A stretch of 47,877 nucleotides of DNA from Candidatus Moranbacteria bacterium GW2011_GWF2_35_54 (GCA_000990945.1 LBQR01000025.1:1-47877); one strand, 5' to 3'; counted from the first letter of the stretch, positions 36,091-47,877 are shown. Program-made: numbers and translations. The notes: generated by a model from the sequence alone, not told the origin.

Positions 36091-37344
36091 TTATTTCGCT
36101 TCTTCGGTTGCAATTTCTTCCTCTTTTACTTCATCTTTAGCAACAACATCATCTTTTTTAGTTCTTTTTTCAGCACCCTCTTCGCCAACCACATCAATTT
36201 TCCAACCTGTTAGCTTGGCTGCCAATCTAACATTTTGTCCTTTTTGTCCAATAGCTAAAGACAATTGATCACTTGGTACCATAGTGATAGCCTCTTTTGC
36301 TTCCTCGTCTTTAATTTTTACTCCCAAAACTTTGGCCGGACTAAGCGCCGCTGTTATAAATTTCTCTATATTTTCATTCCATTCAATAATATCAATTTTT
36401 TCTCCTCCTAGTTCATCAATGATGGCTTGCACTCTAGTTCCTTTTTGCCCTACACAAGAGCCGATTGGATCAATCCCCTCCTCCTTAGCAACAACTGCTA
36501 TTTTAGTTCTAGAGCCAGCTTCTCTGGCGATAGCTTTTACTTCGACTGTTCCTGAAAATATTTCCGGAACTTCCAATTCAAATAATTTCCTAACCATCTC
36601 AGGATGAGTTCTGCTTAAAATTATACCAGGACCTCTATTGTCAGCTTCTATTTTACCCAGATAAACTTTAAGTCTTTGTCCTATTTTATAATTTTCTCCT
36701 CTTACTTGCTCAGAAGGGAATAATACCCCCGTTGCTTTTCCAAGATCGATAAAAATATTTTGTCCTTCTATTCTTTGTACTACTCCGTTTAAAATTTCCC
36801 CTTCTTTTTCTTTGTATTCTTCATACATCGCATCTTTCTCAGCTTCTCTAATTCTTTGAATAATAACTTGTTTAGCTGTTTGAGCCGCTACTCTACCATA
36901 ACTTTCTTGAGTTTCTAATTCTGTCTCAATTACATCTCCGACTTTTATATCCTTCTTAATCTTTAAGGCTTCTTCTAATTTAATATCCCTTTCTGGATTA
37001 AATCTAGCCATCTTTTCTTCTTCGCTCTCTTTTTTATCTTTAACCACAACTTTTTTAACGCCTTCTTCCTCATCTTCCTCGAACTCAACAAATTCCCGAA
37101 CGCTTTCATCAACTACTTCTTTTATTAAGAAAAATTTAACCCCACCATCAACACCGCCTATTTCAGCCCGAATATTTTGGCTCTTTTTGCCATAATCTTT
37201 TTTGTAAGCTGCGGCCAAGGCGGCCTCCACTGTTTGCATCACCTTATCTTTATTTATACCTTTCTCATCACAAATTTGAGAAATGGCGCTGTTAAATTCA
37301 TTTGAATTTATACCAGCTCTTTGCTCTTCTTGTTTTTTTGCCAT
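36091..37344 (-). CDS. nusA: Transcription termination/antitermination factor NusA
   Basis: NusA N-terminal domain, S1 domain (GEILNGVVQRIEGQNIFIDLG) and two KH domains (GSRTKIAV..., GQKGQNVRLAAKLTGWKIDV). Confidence 0.9.
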   Translation of the reverse strand: MAKKQEEQRAGINSNEFNSAISQICDEKGINKDKVMQTVEAALAAAYKKDYGKKSQNIRAEIGGVDGGVKFFLIKEVVDESVREFVEFEEDEEEGVKKVVVKDKKESEEEKMARFNPERDIKLEEALKIKKDIKVGDVIETELETQESYGRVAAQTAKQVIIQRIREAEKDAMYEEYKEKEGEILNGVVQRIEGQNIFIDLGKATGVLFPSEQVRGENYKIGQRLKVYLGKIEADNRGPGIILSRTHPEMVRKLFELEVPEIFSGTVEVKAIAREAGSRTKIAVVAKEEGIDPIGSCVGQKGTRVQAIIDELGGEKIDIIEWNENIEKFITAALSPAKVLGVKIKDEEAKEAITMVPSDQLSLAIGQKGQNVRLAAKLTGWKIDVVGEEGAEKRTKKDDVVAKDEVKEEEIATEEAK

Positions 37345-37661
37345 ATTATTTGGTAATTAGTTGATTGGTAGCTAGCGACAACTAGGTCTATGCTCAGAAA
37401 CCAAAAAACTATAAATTATTACTTTATTATACTCTTTATATTATTTATAAAAAAAGATCCGCTAACCAGCGAATCCGCACCTCCTTCAACTTCACCCCTA
37501 TCCTAGCAGATTTAAATGAATTTGTCAAAAGATTTTTTTTGTAATCCTCCTTCCTTGATCCCTCATTTCAATCCCTCAACATAACATTTGACAGACCGCT
37601 TTTTCTCTGCTATTTTTGTTTACTAACCTTTAATAGCATTTTCTAGGATTTATTTACATTT

Positions 37662-38801
37662 ATGGCTCTCAAAATTAACGACCAAATTAAAGAAACAATT
37701 TTATCTGCCAAAAAGATACTGATTTTACTGCCTCAAAATCCCAACAATGACGCTATTGGATCTGGCCTAGCTTTTTATTTATTTTTGAAAGAAAAAAGTG
37801 TCGACTCAGACATCGCCACAAGTGATCCATTGGGAAATATTAAAAAATTAAATTTTTTGCCTCAACCGCAAGACATCCGCGACAGCGTTTTGGGTGCTCG
37901 AGATTTTATTTTATCCTTCAATACCAAATACAATAAAATAACCAGCATAAAAACCGAAGAGCTAGCCGAGGAAACGAGAATACACATTACCCCTGAAAAT
38001 GGCACTATTGATCCCAGGGATTTTTCTTTTATCCCAGCCGAATTTAAATACAATTTATTGATTTGCCTTAACTCTCCAGACAAAGAATCTTTTGGAAAAA
38101 TATTTGAAGAAAATCCTGATATTTTTTATGAAGTTCCCATTATTAATATTGATAACCACAGTACTAATGATAATTTTGGCCAGATAAATTTAATTGATAT
38201 AAAAGCTTCTTCGGTATCGGAAATTCTCTTTGATCTTTTCCACGAAATTGATCCTTCCTTAATAAAAAATGACATAGCTAAATGTATTTTAACAGGAATC
38301 ATTAGTGCCACTAAAAGTTTCCAAAACACCAAGACTACTCCTCATGCCCTCAAGATATCTTCCGATTTAATGGTTTCTGGCGCCAATCAACAAGAAATAA
38401 TTAGACACTTATTCAAAACTCAACCCTTTAACATACTCAAGCTTTGGGGAAGAATTATGTCTAAGCTAAAATGGGACGAGGAGTTGAAACTTTCCTGGTC
38501 AGTTGTTTCGATAGAAGATTTTGTGCAAAGCCGGACGGAGCCCTCCGATATTTCATTTATCCTAGATAAAATCCAAGCCAATTATGAGGCTGGAGAAATT
38601 TTTCTAATTCTTTATGCAGTCTCCAGCGAACGGGTTAAGGGAGTTTTGAAATTTTCTAATCCAGAAAAAATGCCCGTCATTCCTCCGTTTGAAAACGGCT
38701 TATTGATAGGAGATACGTTAGAATTCGACTTAGATTCTAAAAGTATTTCTGACGCGGAAACATACTGCTTGGAAAAATTAAAACAACTTTTGATAAAATA
38801 A
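37662..38801 (+). CDS. DHH/DHHA1-family phosphoesterase-like protein (NrnA-like), motifs degenerate
   Basis: NrnA-like length and layout. Motif I reads PNNDAIGS (expected PDxD...GS). Motif III reads IDNHS (expected DHH). No GGGH motif seen. Confidence 0.6.
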   Translation: MALKINDQIKETILSAKKILILLPQNPNNDAIGSGLAFYLFLKEKSVDSDIATSDPLGNIKKLNFLPQPQDIRDSVLGARDFILSFNTKYNKITSIKTEELAEETRIHITPENGTIDPRDFSFIPAEFKYNLLICLNSPDKESFGKIFEENPDIFYEVPIINIDNHSTNDNFGQINLIDIKASSVSEILFDLFHEIDPSLIKNDIAKCILTGIISATKSFQNTKTTPHALKISSDLMVSGANQQEIIRHLFKTQPFNILKLWGRIMSKLKWDEELKLSWSVVSIEDFVQSRTEPSDISFILDKIQANYEAGEIFLILYAVSSERVKGVLKFSNPEKMPVIPPFENGLLIGDTLEFDLDSKSISDAETYCLEKLKQLLIK

Positions 38802-38893
38802 AAAAACAACACCCAAAATATTTCTTAAAACCAACCTCAAAATTGGTTTTTGTGATATAATACAGATGCACCCTAAAATAAAAAAATAAAAAT

Positions 38894-41800
38894 ATGATTA
38901 CTATAGTTACCGATAAGCAAAACAAAGAACAGGATACAAAAAAAGTTGACCTTATAAATAAAAAAATTTCCACGTTCAACCGTGAAGAAGAAGAGCAAAT
39001 AGCCGCTTCTTTAGCCAAAGATCTAAACTTATTATATGTTGACTTAAATATTTTTCCTTTAGACATAGAAGTTTTGAGGAATATATCTCAAGAGGATTCC
39101 ATTAATTTTAAAATTGGAGTAATTAAAAAAATTGGGAAAAAAAGCCAAATAGTAGTTTCTGATCCAACCAATGAAGCCACTTTAAACTATTTGAAATCAC
39201 TCAAGGAAGAGAAAGGATGGGAAATAATTGTTTGCGTAGTATCTCAATCATCCATGGATAGCCTTTGGAAAAAATATAGAGAAAACATCTTGATAGAAAA
39301 TCTTGATTTTTTCCTTATTTCACTTTCAGGGAAAGACCTGGATGAATTTGAGGAAAAATTTAAGGAATTGTTATCTCTGAAAGAACGAATGTCCGAAATG
39401 AATACCAGTGAAATATTATCTACAATATTTTCTGGGGCAATCAAAATGGGCGCCAGTGATATTCATTTTGAACCCCAAAAAACAAGCGTCCGGATGCGCT
39501 ACAGAATTGATGGAGTATTGCAAACCATAGGAGAATTTTTCTTACCCTCTTATAAGTCCATGCTTTCCAGAATAAAAATGATTGGAAAAATGAAACTAAA
39601 TTTAAAAGATATCTCTCAGGATGGACATTTTTCAATTGATATTACAGCCACCGAAGGAAATGAACGAGTTGATATTCGTGCAAGCATTATACCAGGGAAA
39701 TATGGAGAAAGTGTTGTGCTCAGGCTTCTTAACCAATCATCTATTAATGTAGACATAGAAAATTTAGGTTTAAAGGGTCTGTCTAGCGAACAAGTAGCTC
39801 TCCAATTATCCAAACCCAATGGAATGATTTTAATAACTGGACCAACTGGTAGTGGAAAAACCACTACACTGTATTCCTTTTTGCGAAAGTTAAATACCCC
39901 TAATATAAAGATTATAACCATAGAAGATCCTATTGAATACGAAATAAAAGGAATTTCGCAAACACAAGTTCAAAATGACAGAGGTTTTACTTTTAGTGAT
40001 GGATTGCGCGCCATAGTAAGACAGGATCCTGATATCATTCTGGTGGGAGAAATACGAGATAGTGAAACAGCTGAGATTTCTGTCAATGCCGCTCTCACTG
40101 GACATTTGGTTTTCTCCACTATCCACACCAACAATGCCCCCGCTTCGGTTTCTCGATTATTAGAATTGGGCGTACGTCCTTCTTTAATTGCTTCTTCTGT
40201 AAATATTTTCATGGCACAACGTTTAGTGAGGCAACTATGTCCTAAATGTAAAGAAAAATACAAACCTGCCCTCGAGACAATCGATACGATTAAAAAATTA
40301 ATTTCTATCATATCACCAAAATCCAAGATAGAAATTCCCAAAAATATAGAATTTTTGTACAAACCCAAAGGTTGCCCTTACTGTAATAATCTTGGTTACA
40401 AGGGCAGGATAGGAATATTTGAAACTCTTACCATCAACGACAAAATGGAAAAATTAATTATTGAAATGGCCAGTGAAAGCGATCTAACTAAAGCAGCTCT
40501 TGAAGATGGAATGGTAACAATGACTCAAGACGGGATAATAAAAGTTCTTGAGGGAATAACCTCTATGGATGAAGTTTGGAGAGTTACTGGGCAAACAGCT
40601 TTCTTGCAAGACATCTATGAAGATTTGATGAATCAATCCCTATCTAGAAGCATCTTAATATCCGAAAAAAACCTAACCGAAGCCAGCATTTACGTAAAAG
40701 ACTTAACTAAATTCAATGACTGCATTAAGAAAACAAACTCTAATAATTTAATCGAAATAATAATTGCCTCCGCGCTTCTTTTGTCTACGGGAGATATTCA
40801 TATCGAACCGGAAACCAGCTCTATAAAAATAAGATTTAGAATTGACGGCATCTTGCAAGACATCGCTTCTATTCCGCTCAACGAATATCCTAATTTATTA
40901 GGAAAAATAAAACTACTTTCCGGATTAAAAACCGGCATTCGATCTGGAGTAGAGGACAGCCGCTTTAAAATATCTCTTGCTAAAAAATATGAAAACATCA
41001 CCGATACCGAGATTGATGTTCGTGTCTCTATTATCTTGGGAGGCTACGGAGAAACAGTTGTAATGCGTCTTTTGAATAAGTCCGCTACCGCATTGGAAAT
41101 AGATAAATTAGGAATTCGAAAAGAAAACTTAGATAAATTATTAGATCAAATTAAGCGGCCCTATGGAATCATACTAAATACCGGCCCTACCGGAAGTGGA
41201 AAATCAACTACATTATATAGCTTGCTAAAAGTTTTAAACAATCCTGAGGTTAAGATAATTACCGTTGAAGATCCAATAGAATATCAATTACCTGGTATTT
41301 TGCAAACTCAAGTTAATGAAATTGATGGCTATACTTTTTCCACCGCCCTACGAGCTCTTTTGCGTCAAAATCCTAATATTATAATGATTGGAGAAATTCG
41401 CGATAACGAAACAGCCAAAACAGCTATTCAAGCCTCTTTAACTGGACATCTCATTCTCTCCACGATACACACCAACGATGCTGCTTCTTCCGTGCATAGA
41501 TTGATCAATATGAATGTTGATTCAGACGAATTAGCTACCTCAGTCAATGCTTTCATGGCTCAACGTTATTCCTGAAAATACAAAAAATGAAATAGAAAAA
41601 ACTATTGCTTCAATTTCCCCTCAAGCAAAAGTAGTTATTTCTAAGATAGATAAAATATACCAACCAAAAGGTTGCGAAAAATGCAACTATCTCGGCTACA
41701 AGGGCCGATCCACTATCAGCGAGGTTCTTGTAATTGACAAAGAAATCGAGAAATTAATTTCTTTAAATGCTCTCTCTTCAGAAGTAAAAAGTAAAGCCAT

Positions 41801-41906
41801 AGAAAATGGCATGCTCACAATGTATCAAGATGGAGTACTGAAAGTTCTTGAAGGAGAAACAACCCTCGAAGAAGTAAATCGCGTAGCCAAAGACGAAGAA
41901 GATTAA
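38894..41906 (+). CDS. pilB: Type IV pilus/T2SS ATPase PilB (GspE family) with two complete ATPase modules fused in tandem; frameshift near the 3' end
   Basis: T2SSE_N-like N-terminal domain. Module 1: GPTGSGKTT, IITIEDPIEY, ILVGEIRD, TGHLVFSTIHTN, CPKC...CPYC. Module 2: GPTGSGKST, IITVEDPIEY, IMIGEIRD, TGHLILSTIHTN, then FMAQR followed by a frame break at about 41566-41575, then IPENTKNE...GCEKCNYLGYKGR (ORF 41547..41906). Confidence 0.85.
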
Positions 41907-41911
41907 AAAAC

Positions 41912-41942
41912 AAAAAAGTCCAGACAAGTCTGGACTTTTTTA
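41912..41942 (+). terminator. Terminator after pilB
   Basis: AGTCCAGAC-AA-GTCTGGACT perfect 9-bp stem (41917-41936) followed by T6. Confidence 0.8.
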
Positions 41943-42303
41943 GTTGCGCTTATTGATCTGCAGACAGTCCCAAAAAATAAATTTTCCAGGTAGAGAACGG
42001 TGTCGAGGTATGACGCAGCCGAAACCACCTCACCCATATCTGGACGAAAGCTCCCAAATTGAACAATAAAAACAACTTTATTCTTCAATCTTCTTTTTGC
42101 CATTTCTCATGACTTTTAATACTAGCATATCTTTATTTTTCTGTCAAGAGGTGATATAATGAGCATAAGTCACGAATCGACTCGAATCCAACTCAAATAA
42201 TCTCGAATGAAAAGATAAACTTATTAATCACACAATGACATTGATTATATTTATTCGTGCTTATTAGCGAAATAATTAGCGTAGCTTCGTGATTTATATC
42301 ATT

Positions 42304-43290
42304 ATGGTTATTACTAACTCAAAAGAACAGGAAGAAGACAAAAAAATAGATTCCACTTTAAGACCCCAAAGTTTTAACGAATATATCGGGCAAGAGAGGA
42401 TTAAAAAAAATCTGCATATTTTGCTTAGTGCGGCTAAAAAAAGAAATGAGCCCGTAGAGCATATTTTACTTTATGGACCTGCCGGCCTCGGGAAAACCAC
42501 TCTGTCTAATATTATCGCCAAAGAAATGAATGTGGGCATAAAAATAACTTCTGGTCCGGCCATTGAAAGAGTGGGCGATTTGGGATCAATCCTAACTAAT
42601 CTGAATGATGGGGATGTCTTATTTATTGATGAGATTCATCGCCTCAATAAATTGGTAGAAGAAATTCTCTACCCCGCCATGGAGGATTACAAGTTAGATA
42701 TCATTGTCGGCAAAGGTCCATCCGCTCGAACTCTTCAATTAGATTTGCCTCACTTTACTCTAATTGGTGCAACCACCCGCCTAGGATCAATTTCCAATCC
42801 TTTGCGCGATAGATTTGGCGCTATCCACAAATTAAATTTTTATGAAACTGGGGAAATTCAATCTATCATTAAGCGTTCTAGCAAAATTTTAAATATTTCC
42901 GTCAATGAAGAAGGCTGTAAAAATATTTCCGCCTGTAGCCGCCAAACACCCCGAGTGGCTAATCGCATATTAAAAAGAGTCCGCGATTTTGCACAAATGG
43001 AAAATACAGATATAATAGATAAAGAAATATCCCAACAAGCTTTAAGAATGATTGATATTGATGAGCTGGGACTTGAACCGGCAGATCGAGATATTATCCG
43101 AATAATCATAGAAAATTTCAAAGGCGGACCGGTGGGAATCCAAACCATTGCAGCCGCTACCCATGAAGAGGTGCAAACCATCGAAGATGTCTACGAGCCT
43201 TTTTTGATTCAGTGTGGATTATTGGCCCGCACTCCCCGAGGAAGAATTGTTACGGAAAAAGGCTACCTGCATCTGGGTTATGCTTATTAA
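42304..43290 (+). CDS. ruvB: Holliday junction branch-migration helicase RuvB
   Basis: [19 protein letters not shown], Walker [10 protein letters not shown], Walker B LFIDEIHR, sensor TTRLG..PLRDRFG. I prefer the ATG at 42304 over the GTG at 42289. Confidence 0.9.
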   Translation: MVITNSKEQEEDKKIDSTLRPQSFNEYIGQERIKKNLHILLSAAKKRNEPVEHILLYGPAGLGKTTLSNIIAKEMNVGIKITSGPAIERVGDLGSILTNLNDGDVLFIDEIHRLNKLVEEILYPAMEDYKLDIIVGKGPSARTLQLDLPHFTLIGATTRLGSISNPLRDRFGAIHKLNFYETGEIQSIIKRSSKILNISVNEEGCKNISACSRQTPRVANRILKRVRDFAQMENTDIIDKEISQQALRMIDIDELGLEPADRDIIRIIIENFKGGPVGIQTIAAATHEEVQTIEDVYEPFLIQCGLLARTPRGRIVTEKGYLHLGYAY

Positions 43291-43302
43291 AATAATTGCT
43301 CG

Positions 43303-43356
43303 TTCCCCTCTCCTCCTCTCTGAGGGGGAGATGTCCGATAGGACAGAGGGGGTGGA
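43303..43356. repeat. CCCTC/GAGGG hairpin repeat (intergenic copy)
   Basis: CCCCTCTCCTCCTCTCTGAGGGGGAGATGTCCGATAGGACAGAGGGGGTGG shares the core CTCTCTGAGGGGGAGA with 23098-23148. Confidence 0.7.
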
Positions 43357-43403
43357 AAATTAATTTGAATAGTCTTATTTAAAATAAATAAAAATAAAAA
43401 AAT

Positions 43404-43649
43404 ATGAACCTTGCATTTATCGCTTTTTACTTAATATTTTTACTGGGTTGTTTCGTAGCGAGCATTTTTATAATTTATCACATTACTCGCTATTCAATTA
43501 ATAAAAAATCATCCACCATTATGCTGATTCTGTTTGTTTCCGTTTTGGTGATTTTATTTTTAATAAATTTTTCAATCTTTATAAACATAGATATCATTAA
43601 CGCTTTTAATTTTGTTTCAACTTTTAATCTCGATTCTTCATCTTTTTAA
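43404..43649 (+). CDS. Small hydrophobic hypothetical protein (81 aa)
   Basis: Two predicted TM segments. No SD and no family recognised. Confidence 0.35.
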   Translation: MNLAFIAFYLIFLLGCFVASIFIIYHITRYSINKKSSTIMLILFVSVLVILFLINFSIFINIDIINAFNFVSTFNLDSSSF

Positions 43650-43659
43650 AAATAAAATT

Positions 43660-44232
43660 ATGCAAAAATTTGAAAAGTTTCATTTTCACGGCCAACACAA
43701 TGGGGAAATAATTATTACCATAATTCGTCGCCATTGGTTTAATATCTTAGAACAGTATTTTATACTAATCGGGGTTTTGTTTTTAATGCTAGCTTCCTTG
43801 CAATTTTTGCCCATGTATTTTGCAGACAATGCTGACTTACCTATTTTCTTTTTTATTGAAAGTTTCATAATGATTCTCCTTTGGATTTATGCTTTTATTA
43901 TTTGGATAGATTTTTATTTTGATGTCTGGATTATTACCAACGAACGCATTGTTAACATCGAACAAAAAGCTCTTTTTATCAGAACAATCAGCGAACTTAA
44001 ATTTGATAAAATACAAGACACCTCCGTTAATATCGTAGGTCTTATCCCGACTATTTTAAACTTTGGTGATGTACATGTTCAGACGGCTGGCAATACCGAA
44101 AGATTTCTTTTTCACAAAGTTCCCGACCCGCAAAAAATTAAAGGCCTTATAATGAATATGCAAAGCATGACCATGCGCAAAGATGAAGCCGAGGCTATCC
44201 ATCGCATTTCCCCACTCTTACGCGGCCAATAA
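43660..44232 (+). CDS. Membrane protein with bacterial PH (bPH_2/YdbT-like) domain
   Basis: I prefer the start MQKFEKFHFHGQH at 43660. Two TM segments, then ITNERIVNIEQKALFIRTISELKFDKIQD, which is bPH-like. Confidence 0.5.
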   Translation: MQKFEKFHFHGQHNGEIIITIIRRHWFNILEQYFILIGVLFLMLASLQFLPMYFADNADLPIFFFIESFIMILLWIYAFIIWIDFYFDVWIITNERIVNIEQKALFIRTISELKFDKIQDTSVNIVGLIPTILNFGDVHVQTAGNTERFLFHKVPDPQKIKGLIMNMQSMTMRKDEAEAIHRISPLLRGQ

Positions 44233-44240
44233 AAAAAAAT

Positions 44241-44274
44241 AAAAACACCCTCTTAAAAATTGGGGTGTTTTTTG
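44241..44274. terminator. Bidirectional terminator between convergent genes
   Basis: AACACCC-TCTTAAAAATTG-GGGTGTT stem flanked by A-run and T-run. Confidence 0.65.
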
Positions 44275-44285
44275 TCCTTTATAGT

Positions 44286-46824
44286 TTAGAAGCTTACTGA
44301 GACACTGTCTGAGGCGCTTGTCTCATTGCCATTGTCGTCTTTAAGTTTGGCTTCTATCTTTATACTAGAATTGTTTTTATTGGCTGGTACTTCGTAGGTG
44401 AGATTAAATGAACTGCTACTGCTAGAATTAATTTCATCTCCCTCGGCATAAACTTTAATATTATCTATTCCAAAGGGTGCATCCGCACTCACAGAAATTT
44501 TTATTTTATTGCCATCTTTGCTGGTACTTAAGCTAATTTTGGGAGCATACTTGTCAAAGTCATCTTTATCACAATCTCCCTCGACATCTTCGTCAGAAAT
44601 ATATTTCTTTTCTTTATTCTTCTTATACCAAGCTTTTACTCCTTCTTCCCAACGAGCAAATTGCGAATCATTTTCTGGTTTATCCGGATACTCACCCTGA
44701 GGATTATCTTTGTCCACATACCATAAAATATTGTGCGCTTCTGTAATAGTTTTAGTTTTCTTTTCATTATCCGGACAATATTTATTGGCCTTGCACCATT
44801 TATCATCTTTGCCAGGAATTTCACAGACTTCTACTTTTTTCTCCGTATCCAATTTTCCTGTTAAAATATCTTTTTTGATATCTTTCATCACCTCTTCTTC
44901 ATTATACTTTGGAAATTCTTCTTTGCTATAATTTCCCAATACTTGATCCAAGAAACTTCTCCAAATTGGGGCAGCTACATTAACTCCATCTGCTCCTTCT
45001 TTCATTGGCGCATTATTATTATTACCCGCCCAAACACCCACTGCAATTGTCGGGGTGTAGCCCATTGTCCAACCATCCCGAAATTCATTGGTGGTTCCGG
45101 TTTTTGCTGCCACATTTCGATCCTCAAATTTCAAAGGATTATTTTCTCCAAAAACAGGAGCTCGATATTTATTATTAGAAATTACCGAATCCAACATTGC
45201 CACATATTCTTCTTTAACCACTCTATCGCCCTTGCTATCTTTAAATTCCTCAATAATTTTCCCGTCTTTATCTTCAATTCTCAAAATAGCTGTTTTATTT
45301 TGCTTAATTCCGTTATTTGCCAATGTCGCATATGCGCTAACATGATCTAAAAGTTGCACTTCTCCTCCACCTAAAACTAAAGATAAGCCGTAACGCTCCG
45401 GATCATTAAGTCCGTTTATTCCTAAATTCTTTGCCATACTAATACTATCTTTAACTCCAGCTAAATAAAGGGTTTTTACAGCCGGAACGTTGAGTGACAT
45501 CCCCAAGGCTTCCTTTAATTTTAATGGACCACGAAAGTTTCCGTCATAATTTTGAGGGATATAATTATCTTCACTGCCTTTATTGAAATCTGTCTCAACA
45601 TCATAGACAATTGTATCGGGAAAATATCCTTTGGTAAAAGCAGTTAAATAAACATAAGGTTTAAAGGAAGAACCAGGCTGGCGATCTCTAATTGCCACAT
45701 TAACATTCGGCTCGAAAAGACAATTTTTACCAGGGATACAGTTTTCCGGATAGCTTTCTCCAAAATAATCCTTAGAGCCAACCATTGCTAAAATTTGACC
45801 GGTCTTAGGATCCATAGCCACCAGAGCAGCATTTTCTGCTTTCCATGTTCTCCCGTTCTTCTCCACTCCGTCTTTCACAGCTTTTTCAGCAATCTGTTGT
45901 TTTTCCCAATCAAGTGTAGTATAAATCTTCATTCCTCCCTCTTCCATTTCTTGGGCTCCATATTTATTATCCAAGTATTCTTTAATATACATTATAAAAT
46001 GAGGGGCTTTAATATTTTCTCTTTTGACGACAATTTTACCCAAAACATCTGTTTCTTTATATTTTTGTGCATCTTCTTTAGATATATATCCTAAATTAGC
46101 CATCTTGTCTAAAACAGCTTCTTGATTAATTTTTAATCTATCTGTATGAGAGCCAAAAGGGGAAAAGAAAGAAGTTGCTCGAGGTAAAACAGCTACAATA
46201 GCAGCCTCATCATAGGTCAAATCTTTAGCATTTTTCCCAAAAAAAGTTTGAGCCGCCGATTCTATTCCATAAGCATTGGAACCGTAAGGGATTTCATTGA
46301 GATACATTCTTAGAATTTCGTCTTTGGAAAATTTTTGTTCTATTTCTAAAGATAAAATTACTTCTTTTATTTTTCGAGTAAAGGTTTTTTCTGAAGTTAA
46401 AATAGAATTCTTTACAAACTGCTGAGTAATTGTGGATCCTCCCTGAGCCGCACCTCTGTTTAAAACATCTTTCAATACTGCGCGAGCGATTGAAGAAAAT
46501 TTAATACCATAATGAGAATAGAAATCTTGATCTTCGGAAGCTATAGTCGCCCAACGCACACTTTGAGGCATTTCTTCAAATGAAATAAGGGTTCTTTTTT
46601 CTTCGCCATGAATTTCATACAAAATCTGTTGGCCTAGTGGACTCAGCCACCACTCTTTTATTAACTTTATTTGGATCAGGCAAATCCTTAGCAAAATAGA
46701 CAAAAACACCCACAGCTCCAATAACTGCAGTTATAAATCCAAAAAAGATCAACATTAATAAGGCTTTCCACCAAATTATCTTTCCCTCTTTATTTTTAAT
46801 TTTTCTAGCTACAAAAACTTTCAT
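44286..46824 (-). CDS. Class A penicillin-binding protein (PBP1A: transglycosylase plus transpeptidase), N-terminal TM piece in another frame
   Basis: ORF 46615..46824 gives the TM anchor ...KDLPDPNKVNKRVVAEST. ORF 44286..46721 continues GQQILYEIHGEEKR, ASEDQDFYSHYGI (GT51), SSFKP and KTGTT (transpeptidase). About 5-6 residues (the usual xIYDRxG) are missing at the junction around 46620-46650. Confidence 0.9.
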
Positions 46825-46914
46825 GTTGTAAAAATTTATATTTTTATATTACCGTTCTATTTTATCAAACTTTTGACCCATCGCGCAATGCTTTTAGATC
46901 TAAATATTAAATTC

Positions 46915-47819
46915 CTAATTTTTATAGTTATCATCTGATATTTTTAGTAAATTTTCCAATATTTTTTCGGCAACATTTATGCCAGTAGCGGCTTCAAATC
47001 CCTTAAACTGAGCTGAGGTGTTTATCTCTATTGCCAAATAACCGTTATCACTTTTAATAAAATCAATTCCTGCGTAGAAAATTTCCCCTTCTTTCATTAT
47101 CTTTGTAGCCATTTCTCTTACCTCATCATTTGCCTCTACAACTTCTGCCTTACCACCCAAAGAGATATTGGCCTTAAAATCTCCATTTTGGGCTGTTCGC
47201 TTAATTATTCCTAATATTTTTCCTCCCAAGCACAAGGCTCTATAATCAGAGCCTGCAGATTCTTTTATGAATTCTTGTAATAAATAAGAACTTCTTTTAA
47301 GAGGAACTATATTTTTTGCGCCAATTGATTTATTGATAAAAGCTACCACATCTTGAGAAGAATTTACGATAGCAACATTTTTACCCATAGAGCCTCGACA
47401 ACTTTTTATAACACACGGAAAGCCACCTATATATTTCTCGGCCAATAAACTAATTTTCCCTTCATCAAAACTATTTATCAGGACTGTTTTGGGAGTAGGA
47501 ATACTAATATTGCTAAAAAAAACACTCGCGCAATACTTATCAGAAAGATCTATTGCTTGCGCGCTAGGCCAAATTATTATCTGCTCTTTAAACCTTTTAT
47601 GCAAGCAGCCTGCCAAATAATGGTTAATAGTTGGATTGGCTACAAACCAAACAATATCGCCCCTATGTTGTGGAAAATTCCTTGATCTGTTAAGGATAAA
47701 CTATAAGAATTGACTATATAAACATCTAAGTCTTTTTTTACTGCTTCTTCTTTAAATCGCACTAAGCGTTTGCTCTCCGAATGCACATTGAAAATAATCA
47801 TCTTTCTTTTTCTAATCAT
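46915..47819 (-). CDS. ATP-grasp ligase (RimK-like), frameshifted near the 5' end
   Basis: C-terminal ATP-grasp fold (GFPCVIKSCRGSMGKNV...DYRALCLGGK...AGIDFI...AIEINT). N-terminal piece MIRKRKMIIFNVHSESKRLVRFKEEAVKKDLDVYIV is in another frame. The junction is near the C4 run at 47660-47663. Confidence 0.6.
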
Positions 47820-47877
47820 ACTATTTGTTGATACTTACTCTAAAAAATTATGAATTAATCATCATGTATAAAACGTT

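Noticed and set aside
35500-36213. Antisense ORFs inside long genes, e.g. 2888..3073, 3659..3934, 5467..5965, 20059..20653, 31220..31624, 35500..36213, 39244..40368, 44509..45350
   Set aside because: These are shadow frames opposite confidently identified genes. They have low-complexity translations and no start signals.
41903-42103. 66-aa minus-strand ORF (MAKRRLKNKVVFIVQFGSF...) downstream of pilB
   Set aside because: Its 3' third is read through the pilB terminator hairpin, and it has only a weak GAGAA upstream. It might be a remnant of a GC-richer orphan, but I cannot support a gene call.

Overview
This is a low-GC bacterial chromosome segment. Its gene content and style resemble a Candidate Phyla Radiation / Patescibacteria genome, which is an inference from gene content. 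It carries compact housekeeping genes: holA, mutM, priA, rtcB, pnp, clpP, tig, nusA, ruvB, a class A PBP and three tRNAs. It also carries type IV pilus genes (pilC and an unusual tandem-fused pilB) and a surface-glycosylation set (GT4, a flippase, three GT-C paralogs). I saw no rRNA, CRISPR array, transposase, integrase or reverse transcriptase.

The main unexplained content is as follows.
1) At 15.3-17.4 kb there is a cassette-like array of three GC-rich orphan genes. Each is embedded in the same conserved terminator / promoter-like / structured-leader module, and the leader hairpin shows compensatory changes.
2) There are two gene classes. AT-rich native genes have no Shine-Dalgarno sequence. 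GC-richer minus-strand orphan genes all have a GGAGG Shine-Dalgarno and their own terminator.
3) pilB encodes two complete GspE-type ATPase modules in one reading frame.
4) Hairpin, cloverleaf and short-period word repeats are abundant, and several sit in frame inside conserved genes.
5) An 830-bp ORF-free gap has a consensus promoter and strong hairpins, making it a candidate ncRNA.

Many conserved genes are interrupted by homopolymer indels or by 16-45 nt deletions. I think these are most likely assembly or sequencing artefacts, so they limit any pseudogene claim.
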